Source of the DNA: Enterovirga sp.
Lineage (GTDB): Bacteria; Pseudomonadota; Alphaproteobacteria; Rhizobiales; Beijerinckiaceae
Direction of reading: 5' to 3'
DNA: 64,000 nt
NCBI RefSeq assembly: GCF_028290205.1
Contig: NZ_JAQGKF010000099.1
Span: forward strand, 10,496-74,495
Shown here in pieces: positions 10,005 through 19,366 of this stretch. Position numbers and translations under genes: made by a program. How positions within the stretch are numbered: position 1 is the stretch's first letter; every line of letters begins with the position of its first letter. The notes under the pieces were generated by a model. The model worked only from the letters and a program-made list of their open reading frames with translations. It had not been told where the DNA came from and made no database searches.

Positions 10005-10088
10005 GTCTCCCCGTCCACGACGGGGAGACAACTGGCCAGGCGCACTGCGCGCCGGCCGGCTCGACCTCTCCCGCCCCGGCGGGAGAGG
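10005..10088. repeat. pair of related REP-like palindromes (TCTCCC...GGGAGA core)
   Basis: GTCTCCCCGTC-CAC-GACGGGGAGAC (10005-10029) and CCTCTCCCGCC-CC-GGCGGGAGAGG (10065-10088), each a perfect 11-bp stem. Confidence 0.65.
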
Positions 10089-10179
10089 CCCACTTTCGCA
10101 CCCACTCCCGAACGGCGCCCGGATTTCGGGCGTGCGAGGGCCGTTCCCCGCCACACCGCCCGGGAAGGTCTTCACGTCC

Positions 10180-10746
10180 ATGTTCACGATCCGCCACGAA
10201 ACCGTGCTCGACATTCCGGCCCGCGAGGCCCTGCTCGACCGCTGCTTCGGCGAGGGCCGCTTCGGCAAGACGTCGGAGCGGCTGCGCGAGGGCCGGGCGC
10301 CGGCCGACGAGCTGTCGCTCGTGGTCGAGCGGCTCGGAAGACTCGTCGGCACCATCCGGCTCTGGCACGTCGCGGCGGGAGACGGTCGCCCGGCGCTCCT
10401 GCTCGGGCCGGTCGCGGTGGCCCCGGAGCTGCAGGGCCTGGGCCTCGGCGGCAAGCTCGTCCGGGAGGCGCTGGCCCGCGCCGCCGAACTCGGCCACCGC
10501 GCCGTGATCCTGGTCGGGGACGAGCCGTATTATCGGCGCTTCGGCTTTTCGCGCGAGGCGGTGGGCGGGCTCAGCCTGCCCGGCCCCTATGCGGCGGAGC
10601 GCTTTCTCGGGCTCGAACTGGCGCGGGGCGCACTCTTCGGCGCGCAGGGGCTCGTCACCGCCACCGGCCGGCCGGCGCCGCTGGGGGCCGCGGAGCTCCG
10701 GGAGACGGAGCGTGATCGAGGACAAACCCTGCTTCGGGCTGCCTGA
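10180..10746 (+). CDS. YhbS-like GNAT N-acetyltransferase
   Basis: LLLGPVAVAPELQGLGLGGKL, ILVGDEPYYRRFGF. Confidence 0.88.
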   Translation: MFTIRHETVLDIPAREALLDRCFGEGRFGKTSERLREGRAPADELSLVVERLGRLVGTIRLWHVAAGDGRPALLLGPVAVAPELQGLGLGGKLVREALARAAELGHRAVILVGDEPYYRRFGFSREAVGGLSLPGPYAAERFLGLELARGALFGAQGLVTATGRPAPLGAAELRETERDRGQTLLRAA

Positions 10747-10898
10747 CACCGTCCCTGACCCGCGGCACCGGCCCTGACGCCGGTGCCGCGGAGCGCCAGC
10801 CCGCCGGCCGCCGAATCAGCCGGGCCAAGGGATCGGTCGCGACAAACGGCCCGGAACCGGGTAGCACGCTGAGGACAGCGACGGGCCGGGAGCGTGCC

Positions 10899-12134
10899 TT
10901 GACCAACGTGACCATCGACGGCGAGCGGCTGTGGTCCACGCTGATGGAAACGGCCGAGATCGGCGGCACGCCCAAGGGCGGCATCCGCCGGCTCACCCTG
11001 TCCGAGGAGGACCGGCGCGTGCGCGACTGGTTCCGGCAGGCCTGCGAGGCGGCCGGCTGCACGGTCACGGTGGACGGGGTCGGCAACATGTTCGCGCGCC
11101 GGCCGGGCCGCAACGACGCCCTGCCGCCGATCTGCATGGGCTCGCATCTCGACACGCAGCCGACCGGCGGCAAGTTCGATGGCTGCCTCGGCGTCCTGGC
11201 CGGGCTCGAGGTCCTCCGCTCGCTCCAGGCCATCGGCTACGAGACCAATGCGCCCATCGAACTCGTGAACTGGACCAACGAGGAGGGCGCCCGCTTTACC
11301 CCGGCCATGATGGCCTCGGCGGCCTTCGCGGGGGTGTTCACCACCGACTACGTGCTGTCCCGGCAGGACCGGGACGGGGTCGCCTTCGCCGACGCGCTCG
11401 ACGCGATCGGCTACCGGGGCGACCGGCCGGTCGGCGGCCGGCCGCTCTCGGCCATGTTCGAACTGCATATCGAGCAAGGCCCGATCCTGGAGCGGGAGGA
11501 GAAGCTGATCGGCGTCGTCACAGGCGTCCAGGCGATCCGCTGGTTCGAACTCACCGTGACAGGGGCGGCCGCCCATGCCGGCTCGACGCCGATGCCGGCC
11601 CGCCGCGACGCGCTGGTCGGCGCCGCCCGGGCGATCCTGGCTGTGGAGGCGGTCGCGCAGGCCAACGGGCCGCTCGCCGTCGGCACCGTCGGCATCCTGG
11701 AATGCCGTCCGGGCTCCACCAACGTGGTCCCGGGCGAGGTCTTTCTCACGATCGACCTGCGCCATCCGGACGATGCCACGCTGGACCGCATGGAAACGGA
11801 TCTGCGGACCCGGCTGGCGGAGGCACTTGGCGGGCTCGATTTCGCCTGTGAGCGGATCTGGCTGTCGCCGGCCGTGCATTTCGACCCGACCCTGGTCGGC
11901 CTGGTTCGGGACGCGGCGGAGAGCCTCGGCCTGCCGCATCGGGACATCGTCTCGGGCCCGGGGCACGACGCCGCCTATATCGCCCGCGTTGCGCCCACGA
12001 CGATGATCTTCGTGCCCTGCCGCGACGGCATCAGCCACAACGAGGCGGAGGAGACGAGTTTTGCGCAATGCGCGGCCGGCGCGCAGGTCCTGCTCAACGC
12101 CGTTTTGGCCTTTGACCAAACGCTGGAAGGCTGA
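10899..12134 (+). CDS. Zn-dependent M20 amidohydrolase (allantoate amidohydrolase / N-carbamoylase family)
   Basis: TTG start; GSHLDTQPTGGKFDG, NWTNEEGARF, ELHIEQGP, SGPGHDA, GISHN. Confidence 0.9.
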   Translation: MTNVTIDGERLWSTLMETAEIGGTPKGGIRRLTLSEEDRRVRDWFRQACEAAGCTVTVDGVGNMFARRPGRNDALPPICMGSHLDTQPTGGKFDGCLGVLAGLEVLRSLQAIGYETNAPIELVNWTNEEGARFTPAMMASAAFAGVFTTDYVLSRQDRDGVAFADALDAIGYRGDRPVGGRPLSAMFELHIEQGPILEREEKLIGVVTGVQAIRWFELTVTGAAAHAGSTPMPARRDALVGAARAILAVEAVAQANGPLAVGTVGILECRPGSTNVVPGEVFLTIDLRHPDDATLDRMETDLRTRLAEALGGLDFACERIWLSPAVHFDPTLVGLVRDAAESLGLPHRDIVSGPGHDAAYIARVAPTTMIFVPCRDGISHNEAEETSFAQCAAGAQVLLNAVLAFDQTLEG

Positions 12135-12284
12135 CCCGCGCGACCCGGCTGCGTCAGTGGCCGCCCTCGCCATTCGGCCGCCTGTGCTCAGGCGGGCCCT
12201 GGATCGCACCCCGCGCCAACGCGCCTTCGCCGCAATCCGGCAACAACCTTGCGCTCCGCGAGGGCGAATGCCACTTCAGCGGAC

Positions 12285-12485
12285 ATGTTTACCGTCAAAT
12301 CTCACGGCCCGATCGGCGCGACCACGGCCAGCGTCAAGACCGTCCCCGATGTGGACCTCTACGTGGCCCAACTCGCCGCCAAGGGGCACCGCGTCATCAT
12401 GGTGGCGGCCGGCGTTGCGCCGCCCGAGCCCTATGAGAGCTGGCGGACCTCACAGCTCGGGCCCCGCGCCAGGGGCCTGATCTGA
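12285..12485 (+). CDS. small hypothetical protein (66 aa)
   Basis: ATG 12285; GC3-biased codons, protein-like composition. Confidence 0.5.
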   Translation: MFTVKSHGPIGATTASVKTVPDVDLYVAQLAAKGHRVIMVAAGVAPPEPYESWRTSQLGPRARGLI

Positions 12486-12573
12486 TCTCAGCCCGGCCTA
12501 AATCCGCTCGGCGCGAGCCGCGGGACACGGCTGCCCACTTGGACGAAAGGCCCTAGCCCGGTATCGCTCTGCC

Positions 12574-12774
12574 ATGACCATCAACCCGTTTCATCCCTAC
12601 ACCCTCGAAGTCCTGCCTTCCGTGCGCAAGCCCGGTACGTTCGACTGGACGATTCGCCGGAGCGGCAAGCTGGTGCAACGCTCCGACCGGATCCTGCGCA
12701 CGGAGGAGGAGGCCATGGCCTCCGGTGCAAAGGAGATCGAGCGCCAGATCGGCGCCTCCCGCAAGGAGCGCTAG
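12574..12774 (+). CDS. small hypothetical protein (66 aa)
   Basis: HPYTLEV...FDWTIRRSGKLVQRSDR; typical codon bias. Confidence 0.65.
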   Translation: MTINPFHPYTLEVLPSVRKPGTFDWTIRRSGKLVQRSDRILRTEEEAMASGAKEIERQIGASRKER

Positions 12775-12924
12775 GCCGCACCGACCGCGGCCCGCCCTGC
12801 CGCGGCCGCCTTCAGGGCGGGGCGGTGGCGGCGGGCGGTCAGCCTTGCTCCGAGGTGGGAAGACAGGCCGCTGGCGGCCGCGCGCGGACGCGTGGCGGCC
12901 GGGCGGCTCTGCGGCTGCGCCGGA

Positions 12925-13161
12925 TCAGGCCGCGCGCGTCCAGACATTGGCTCCGGAGAAGGCCTCCGGAAGCACCTCGCGCACGCGCCGGACGATCTCC
13001 GCCTGATCGGCCCCGGGCGCGATCGCGACCTCGACCCCGACCTCGGCGTCCTTCTCCGGCCGCACCGTCTTGTAGCTGGCGATCAGGCCCTCTTTGACGA
13101 GGCCGTTCAGCGCCATGTTGAGAGCGCCCCAGCCGACGACGGGCTTCGGCTTTCCAGCCAT
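12925..13161 (-). CDS. small hypothetical protein (~78 aa)
   Basis: MAGKPKPVVGWGALNMALNGLVKEGLIASYK...; GGAG upstream; lies just downstream of tRNA-Arg. Confidence 0.65.
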   Translation of the reverse strand: MAGKPKPVVGWGALNMALNGLVKEGLIASYKTVRPEKDAEVGVEVAIAPGADQAEIVRRVREVLPEAFSGANVWTRAA

Positions 13162-13250
13162 GTCGTGCTCCATTCAGAACGTCGATAGCCCCGCACGCCG
13201 CGAACCGAGTTCGGGCACCGGGGCGCTTCTGTTCAAGGTAGGCCGGAAAT

Positions 13251-13327
13251 TGGCGCGCCCGAAAGGATTCGAACCTCTGACCCCCAGATTCGTAGTCTGG
13301 TGCTCTATCCAGCTGAGCTACGGGCGC
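13251..13327 (-). tRNA. tRNA-Arg (anticodon ACG)
   Basis: Reverse complement GCGCCCGTAGCTCAGCTGGATAGAGCACCAGACTACGAATCTGGGGGTCAGAGGTTCGAATCCTTTCGGGCGCGCCA folds as a canonical 77-nt cloverleaf with encoded CCA. Confidence 0.98.
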
Positions 13328-13489
13328 GCGTCGCGGCGGTGTCCGTCGCGAGGCGGCGGAGATAGAACGGGCGCCCGGGCTTGGCAAGGGGCGTCGTGCG
13401 CTTCCTGTGGGCCGGGGCCGAACAGGCCGGTCGCTTGACCCGACCGGCCCGGGACCCGAAAGTTCGGCGGTCAACACCGGAAGGTTCAC

Positions 13490-15001
13490 ATGCGGCGCAC
13501 AATCCGGGCTTTGCTCGTCCCGTTGCTCCTGGCCGGCTCGCCCGCCCTGGCCGACAAGGCCTCGAACTCGATCCGCTTCGCCTACGATCAGGTGCCGGAA
13601 AACATCGACCCCTATTTCAACAACGTGCGGGCCGGGGTCATCATCAGCCAGCACGTCTGGGACACCCTGATCTATCGCGACCCGACCAGCGGGGCCTATC
13701 GGGGCCAACTCGCCACGGCCTGGCGCTATCTCGACGACAAGACCCTGGAGCTCGACCTGCGGACCGGGGTGAAGTTCCACGACGGCACGGAGTTCACGGC
13801 CGAGGACGTGGTGTTCACGCTCACCTACGCGTCCAAGCCGGAGAACAAGGCGACCACCCAGGCGAACGTGAACTGGATCGCCAAGGTCGAAGCCGTCACG
13901 CCGCACAAGGTGCGCATCCACACCAAGCAGGCCTTTCCGGCCGCCATCGATTACCTGTCCGGTCCGCTCGTGATGCACCCGGCCAAGTACTACGAGCGGG
14001 TCGGCCCCAAGGGCATGAACGAGAAGCCGGTCGGGTCGGGACCCTTTCGGGTGGCGAGCCACGTGATCGGCAAGTCGCTCACGCTGGAGCGCAACCCGGA
14101 CTACTTCAAGGATTCGCCCAAGCCCGCCGCCAAAGTCGGCAAGGTCGAGATCCGCTTCATCCCCGACCGGCAGACGCAGATGGCCGAGGTGATGGCCGGG
14201 GGGCTCGATTTCATCATGAACGTGCCCAAGGACCAGGCCGAGCAGATCGGCGCCGTGCCGGGCTTCCAGGCCCGCTCGGGCGAAACGATGCGCATCGCCT
14301 TCCTGCATTTCAACGCCTTGCCGGACGGCCCCGTCGAGGCCTTCCGCGACGAGCGGGTCCGGCGCGCCTTCAATCACGCCATCAACAAGGAGGCGCTGAC
14401 CAAGGAACTCGTGGGCGGCGGCTCGCGGGCGCTGGTGACGCCGTGCTTCTACGGCCAGTTCGGCTGCACCGATGAGGGCGCGACGCGCTACGCCTATGAC
14501 CCGGCCAAGGCCAAGGCGCTGCTCCAGGAGGCCGGCCATGCCAGCGGCCTCTCGGTGGACTTTTACGCCTATCGCGAGCGCCAGCAGGCCGAGGCCGTCA
14601 TCAACGACCTGCAGGCGGTCGGCATCAAGGCCAATCTGCGCTACCTCCAATACGCCGCCATGCGGGACCAGATGCGGGCCAACAAGGTTGGCATCTCCTT
14701 CCAGACCTGGGGGTCGAATTCCGTCAGCGACGTGTCGGCCTCCACGCCGGTCTATTTCGGCGGCGGCAGCGACGACGTGAGCCGGGACGGGGAAATCCAG
14801 GCCCTCTTGCGGACCGGCGACACCTCGGTCGATCCCGAGGCCCGCAAGGTGGCCTACCGGAAGGCGCTCGCGCTGATCACCGAGCGGGCCTACACGGTGC
14901 CGCTCTACACCGTGCCGAACCACTACGTGGCCTCGGCCAATCTCAACTTCGCGGTGTATCCGGACGAGACGCCGCGGTTCTGGGAGATGACCTGGAAATG
15001 A
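13490..15001 (+). CDS. peptide/nickel-type (family 5) ABC substrate-binding protein
   Basis: Signal peptide; LRTGVKFHDGTEFTAEDVVFT, PVGSGPF, VRRAFNHAINK. Confidence 0.9.
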   Translation: MRRTIRALLVPLLLAGSPALADKASNSIRFAYDQVPENIDPYFNNVRAGVIISQHVWDTLIYRDPTSGAYRGQLATAWRYLDDKTLELDLRTGVKFHDGTEFTAEDVVFTLTYASKPENKATTQANVNWIAKVEAVTPHKVRIHTKQAFPAAIDYLSGPLVMHPAKYYERVGPKGMNEKPVGSGPFRVASHVIGKSLTLERNPDYFKDSPKPAAKVGKVEIRFIPDRQTQMAEVMAGGLDFIMNVPKDQAEQIGAVPGFQARSGETMRIAFLHFNALPDGPVEAFRDERVRRAFNHAINKEALTKELVGGGSRALVTPCFYGQFGCTDEGATRYAYDPAKAKALLQEAGHASGLSVDFYAYRERQQAEAVINDLQAVGIKANLRYLQYAAMRDQMRANKVGISFQTWGSNSVSDVSASTPVYFGGGSDDVSRDGEIQALLRTGDTSVDPEARKVAYRKALALITERAYTVPLYTVPNHYVASANLNFAVYPDETPRFWEMTWK

Positions 15002-15032
15002 GCGGGTCCGCGCCCGGCGGCGCCGGGCAGCC

Positions 15033-15953
15033 ATGACCGGCTTCGTGTTGCGGCGGCTCGCGCTTGCGCTGGCCGTCGGCATCGCAGTGTCCATGCTGTC
15101 CTTCGCGCTGGTCCGCCTGACCGGCGACGTCGCGACGGCGATCGCCGGCGAGGGAGCGCGGGACGAGGACATCCAGCTCGTGCGGCAGACCTACGGTCTC
15201 GACCGCCCGATCCTGGTCCAGTACCTGGCCTGGCTCGGGGAGCTGCTCCGCGGCGAGCTCGGCACCAGCTACTTCTTCAAGTCGCCGGTCTCCGACCTCG
15301 TGCTCAGCAAGCTGCCGGTCACGCTCATCCTGGGCCTGTCCTCGCTGCTGTTTGCGCTTGTCATCGCGGTGCCGCTCGGGGTGCTGGCGGCGCTGCGCCC
15401 CGACAGCGCGGTCGACCGGCTCGCCCTCGGCATCGCGGTCACCGGGCAGGCGATGCCGAACTTCTTTCTGGCCCTGCTGCTGATCATGCTGTTCTCGATC
15501 ACGCTGCGCTGGCTGCCGGTCTCGGGCTCCGGCACCTGGCAGCATTACGTGATGCCCACGGTGGCACTCGGCTATTACGTGGCGCCGGCCTTCATGCGGC
15601 TGATCCGGGCCGGCATGATCGAGACGCTGCAATCCGACTTCATCCGGACGGCCAGGGCCAAGGGCCTGTCGCGCTCGCGCGTGATCCTGCGCCACGGGCT
15701 CCGCAACGCGCTCACGCCCGTCGTGGCGCTGGCCGTGGTGCAGCTCGGCTACCTGCTGGGCGGCTCCGTGGTCATCGAAACGGTGTTCGCCCTCGACGGG
15801 CTCGGCTACCTCGCCTACCAGTCCATCACCCACAAGGACCTGCCCGTGATGCAGGTCGTGGTGCTGATGCTGTCGGTGATCTACGTGCTGCTGACGCTGT
15901 TTGCGGACGTGCTCAACGCGTATCTCGACCCCCGCCTCAGGGCCGCGATGTGA
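15033..15953 (+). CDS. DppB-like ABC permease
   Basis: GLDRPILVQY, FIRTARAKGLS, SVVIETVF. Confidence 0.92.
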   Translation: MTGFVLRRLALALAVGIAVSMLSFALVRLTGDVATAIAGEGARDEDIQLVRQTYGLDRPILVQYLAWLGELLRGELGTSYFFKSPVSDLVLSKLPVTLILGLSSLLFALVIAVPLGVLAALRPDSAVDRLALGIAVTGQAMPNFFLALLLIMLFSITLRWLPVSGSGTWQHYVMPTVALGYYVAPAFMRLIRAGMIETLQSDFIRTARAKGLSRSRVILRHGLRNALTPVVALAVVQLGYLLGGSVVIETVFALDGLGYLAYQSITHKDLPVMQVVVLMLSVIYVLLTLFADVLNAYLDPRLRAAM

Positions 15954-16873
15954 GCGCCCTGGCCAGCAGCGATGGCGGTGCCGAGCCGCTGCCCGTCTTG
16001 ACCCCGGGGTCACCCGGCCGCCCGACCTCCGGCGCGCGCTGGTGGCGGCACAAGAGCCTCGTCCTCGGCGGCGGCGTGTTGGCCGTGATCGTGCTGCTGG
16101 CGCTGTTCGCGCCCCTGCTCGCGCCGCACGATCCCTATGTGCAGAACCTGGCGCGCCGAACCATTCCGCCGGTCTGGTACGACAAGGGCAGCTGGGCCCA
16201 TCCGCTGGGCACCGACGCGCTTGGCAGGGACTACCTGTCGCGCACCATCTACGGCGCCCGCATCTCGCTGCTGATCGGCGTCTCGGTGGCCGTCCTGTCC
16301 GGCCTGATCGGCACGGTGCTGGGCGTTGCGGCCGGCTATTTCGGCGGCCGGGTGGACCTCCTGGTCACCTTCCTGATCACCGTGCGGCTGGCCTTGCCGG
16401 TGATCTTGGTGGCGCTCGCGGCCGTGGCCGTGGTCGGAGGCTCGCTGCCGCTCGTGATCCTGGTCCTCGGGCTGCTGAAATGGGACCGCTTCGTGGTGGT
16501 GATGCGGAGCGCGACCCAGAGCGTGCGGAGCCTCGATTACGTGCAGGCGGCGCGCGCCTCCGGCGCCTCCACGGCCCGCATCATCTGGCGCGAGGTCTTG
16601 CCCAACGTCCTGCCGTTCCTGATCGTCACCGCGACGCTGGAGGCCGCGAGCGCCATCCTGCTCGAGGCGGCGCTCTCCTTCCTCGGGCTCGGCATCCAGC
16701 CGCCCTTGCCGTCGTGGGGCCTCATGATCTCGGAAGCCAAACCCTACATGTTCTTCTCGTTCTGGCTCATCGCCATTCCGGGGGCCTGCCTGGCCACCCT
16801 GATCCTCTCCATCAATCTCCTGGGCGACGGCTTGCGCGACGCCATCTCGCCCGACCGGAGGGCCGCCACGTGA
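15950..16873 (+). CDS. DppC-like ABC permease
   Basis: HPLGTDALGRD, LEAALSFLGLG, PSWG, NLLGDGLRD. Confidence 0.92.
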   Translation: MSALASSDGGAEPLPVLTPGSPGRPTSGARWWRHKSLVLGGGVLAVIVLLALFAPLLAPHDPYVQNLARRTIPPVWYDKGSWAHPLGTDALGRDYLSRTIYGARISLLIGVSVAVLSGLIGTVLGVAAGYFGGRVDLLVTFLITVRLALPVILVALAAVAVVGGSLPLVILVLGLLKWDRFVVVMRSATQSVRSLDYVQAARASGASTARIIWREVLPNVLPFLIVTATLEAASAILLEAALSFLGLGIQPPLPSWGLMISEAKPYMFFSFWLIAIPGACLATLILSINLLGDGLRDAISPDRRAAT

Positions 16874-18261
16874 GCCGCGACGCCGCGCTCGCCCATGCCG
16901 GGCAGCATTTCGACTCGGGCGCCTTCTGGGCCGATCTCGCCCGGCGTGTCGCCATCCCGACCGAGAGCCAGAACCCGGAGCGGGCCGGCGACCTCCGGCG
17001 CTACCTGACCGACGAGATGGGCCCGTCCTTTGCCCGGCTCGGCTTCACCTGGCAGGTGATCGAGGAGCCCAAGGCCAAGGGCCCGTTCCTGTTTGCCGAG
17101 CGGATCGAGGATCCGTCCCGGCCGACCGTGTTCGGCTACGGCCACGGCGACGTCATCCGGGGGCTCGACGACGGCTGGCTGCCGGGCCTCTCGCCCTGGA
17201 CGCTGACCGAGCGCGAGGGCCGCTGGTACGGCCGCGGCGTGGTCGACAACAAGGGGCAGCATTCGGCCAACCTGGCCGCCCAGGCGGCCGTGATCGCGGC
17301 CCGGGGCCGGCTTGGCTTCAACAGCAAGTGGCTCATCGAAATGGGCGAGGAGACGGGCTCGCCGGGGCTGCGCGAGGTCTGCGCCCGGCACCGCGAGCTG
17401 TTCCGCTCCGACGTGCTGATCGGCTCGGACGGGCCGCGGCCCGATCGGCGCCGGCCCGGGATCTATCTCGGCACCCGCGGCGGCGCCTCCATCGACATCT
17501 CGATCGATGCCCGCGAGGGCGGACACCATTCGGGCAATTGGGGCGGGCTCCTGTCGAGCCCGGCCATCCAGCTCGTGCATGCGCTGTCCACCCTGACCGG
17601 CCCGACCGGCGAGATCCGGGTGCCCGAGTGGCGGCCCAAGGGTGGATTGCCGGATCAGGTCCGGCGGGCGCTGGCCGGGCTCGAACTCGACATGGGCGAG
17701 GACGCCCCGGCCATCGACCCCGATTGGGGCGAGCCCGGGCTCAGCGGCCCCGAAAAGGTGTTCGGCTGGTCGTCGCTCGAGATCCTGGCGATGGAGAGCG
17801 GCAATCCCAAGGGGCCGGTCAACGCCGTGCCGCCGCGGGCCTGGGCGCGGGTGCAGCTCCGCTTCGTGGTCGGGGTGGACATGGCCGACATCGTGCCGGC
17901 CCTGCGCCGGCATCTCGACCGGCACGGATTCCACTACGTGTCGGTGGAGCCGGCCCGGGAAGAGGTGTTTCCGGCGACCCGGCTCGATCCGAACAACCCC
18001 TGGGTCGGATGGGCGCTCGATTCCATGCGGCGCACGAGCGGAAAGGAGCCCTCGCTCCTGCCCAATCTCGGGGGCTCGCTGCCCAATGACGCCTTTTCGG
18101 AGATCCTCGGCCTGCCCACGATCTGGGTGCCGCATTCGTTCAACGGCTGCTCGCAGCACGCGCCGAACGAGCATTGGCTGCCGGAACTGGCCCGCGAAGC
18201 CCTGCTCGTGATGACCGGGCTGTACTGGGACGTCGCGGAGAGCGCACCCGGCCGGCGCTAG
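16870..18261 (+). CDS. M20 family metallopeptidase/deacylase
   Basis: GTG 16870 coupled to dppC stop; GYGHGDV, GRGVVDNKGQ, EMGEETGS, QHAPNEH. Confidence 0.9.
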   Translation: MSRDAALAHAGQHFDSGAFWADLARRVAIPTESQNPERAGDLRRYLTDEMGPSFARLGFTWQVIEEPKAKGPFLFAERIEDPSRPTVFGYGHGDVIRGLDDGWLPGLSPWTLTEREGRWYGRGVVDNKGQHSANLAAQAAVIAARGRLGFNSKWLIEMGEETGSPGLREVCARHRELFRSDVLIGSDGPRPDRRRPGIYLGTRGGASIDISIDAREGGHHSGNWGGLLSSPAIQLVHALSTLTGPTGEIRVPEWRPKGGLPDQVRRALAGLELDMGEDAPAIDPDWGEPGLSGPEKVFGWSSLEILAMESGNPKGPVNAVPPRAWARVQLRFVVGVDMADIVPALRRHLDRHGFHYVSVEPAREEVFPATRLDPNNPWVGWALDSMRRTSGKEPSLLPNLGGSLPNDAFSEILGLPTIWVPHSFNGCSQHAPNEHWLPELAREALLVMTGLYWDVAESAPGRR

Positions 18262-18330
18262 ACGCGCCGGACCGGGAATTCCTCTCGGGCGACATGGCGC
18301 GCCCGAGAGGCTGCAGGCATTCGGCCGATC

Positions 18331-18744
18331 TCAGCCGGCCGCGCCGCGCTTGTAGCCGAAGCCCGGCACCACGCAGCCGCACGGCGTCAGAGCCGGCACG
18401 TAGTTGCCGATCGGGCAGCTGCCGCGCGAGGTGACGCAGACAGAGCTCGCCCGGCGACTATGCTGACCGCCGCGGCGGCCATAGGCCGGAGGGGCGTCGT
18501 AATAGCCGGAGCGCGGGCCGTCATAGCCGCGACGCGGGCCGTCATGGCCCCGACGCCCCTCGTAGCCGCCGCCGCGCCGCTCCTCGTAACGGCCGCCGCG
18601 GCGACCCTCATAGCCTGAGCGGCCGTCGTCGTATCCCGGCTTGCTGCCGTAGCCGGGTCCGCCCTGCGGCAAGTAATATTGCGCCGCGGCCGGGGTCGCG
18701 AGACCGGCGACCAGCAGCAGGGTTCCTAAGAGAGCCGATTTCAC
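18331..18744 (-). CDS. secreted Gly/Arg/Tyr-rich low-complexity protein with 4-Cys C-terminal module
   Basis: GTG 18744 after GGAGGAGG; signal peptide AAA-Q; RRGG.Y[ED] repeats; CVTSRGSC...PCGC. Confidence 0.75.
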   Translation of the reverse strand: MKSALLGTLLLVAGLATPAAAQYYLPQGGPGYGSKPGYDDGRSGYEGRRGGRYEERRGGGYEGRRGHDGPRRGYDGPRSGYYDAPPAYGRRGGQHSRRASSVCVTSRGSCPIGNYVPALTPCGCVVPGFGYKRGAAG

Positions 18745-18784
18745 GTTAATTCCTCCTCCGGACGGGCCGGCATTTAAGCTCATC

Positions 18785-18809
18785 AATCTGAACGGGACCC
18801 TTCCGTTCC
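18785..18809 (-). promoter_or_regulatory. candidate EcfG/RpoE2 general-stress promoter
   Basis: GGAAC-N16-GATT on the minus strand, ~40 nt upstream of the 18744 start. Confidence 0.4.
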
Positions 18810-18916
18810 GCAGCGAAACGCGGGCGATCGGAATTTCCGAGCGGTCCCGGCAGGTTGCGGCGTCCGGGGGGCGTCGCTATCTGCCTGTCTCATGCCGCTT
18901 GACCCCGGTTTCAGTC

Positions 18917-19366
18917 ATGGTTTCCACCAACGATGTCGAGCACCTGAAGCTCGTCGCCCTCGACCAGGACGATCTCGCCATCATCTCGGCTCACCTGCAG
19001 GACGCGGTGGTGCGACCCCGCGATCTCGCCTACTTGCCCGAAGACAGGCGCTTTGCCCTGGTGGCGCGGCGCTTCGACTGGACCTGTGGTGAGGCGGAGC
19101 CGCGACGGCGGCTCGCCGGGCTGCATTTCGAGCGCGTCACGCGCTGCCGCAGCAAGGGCGTTGACCGCGACCGTGCGGACGCGCCCCTCAGCCTGCTGGC
19201 CGTGACCTTCGAGGTCAGGGACGCGCCGTCCGGTGTCGCGACCCTCTGCTTTTCGGGCGGGGCCTCGATCGAACTCGAACTGGAGTGCATCGAGGTGCAA
19301 ATGAAGGATCTCGGCCCGGTCTGGGCCACGGCCAAGCGGCCGTCGCACGCTTTGGAGAACACCTGA
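18917..19366 (+). CDS. DUF2948 family protein
   Basis: LKLVALDQDDLAIISAHLQDAV...RFDW...ELECIEVQMKDLGPVW; typical position before hisD. Confidence 0.85.
   Translation: MVSTNDVEHLKLVALDQDDLAIISAHLQDAVVRPRDLAYLPEDRRFALVARRFDWTCGEAEPRRRLAGLHFERVTRCRSKGVDRDRADAPLSLLAVTFEVRDAPSGVATLCFSGGASIELELECIEVQMKDLGPVWATAKRPSHALENT

Noticed and set aside
12135-13327. Integrated element at tRNA-Arg
   Set aside because: No integrase, no phage or plasmid genes, and I found no duplicate of the tRNA 3' end in the window.
18480-18660. Repeat array / CRISPR-like periodicity
   Set aside because: The repeats are imperfect in-frame codon repeats of the Gly/Arg/Tyr protein, with no spacers and no cas genes.
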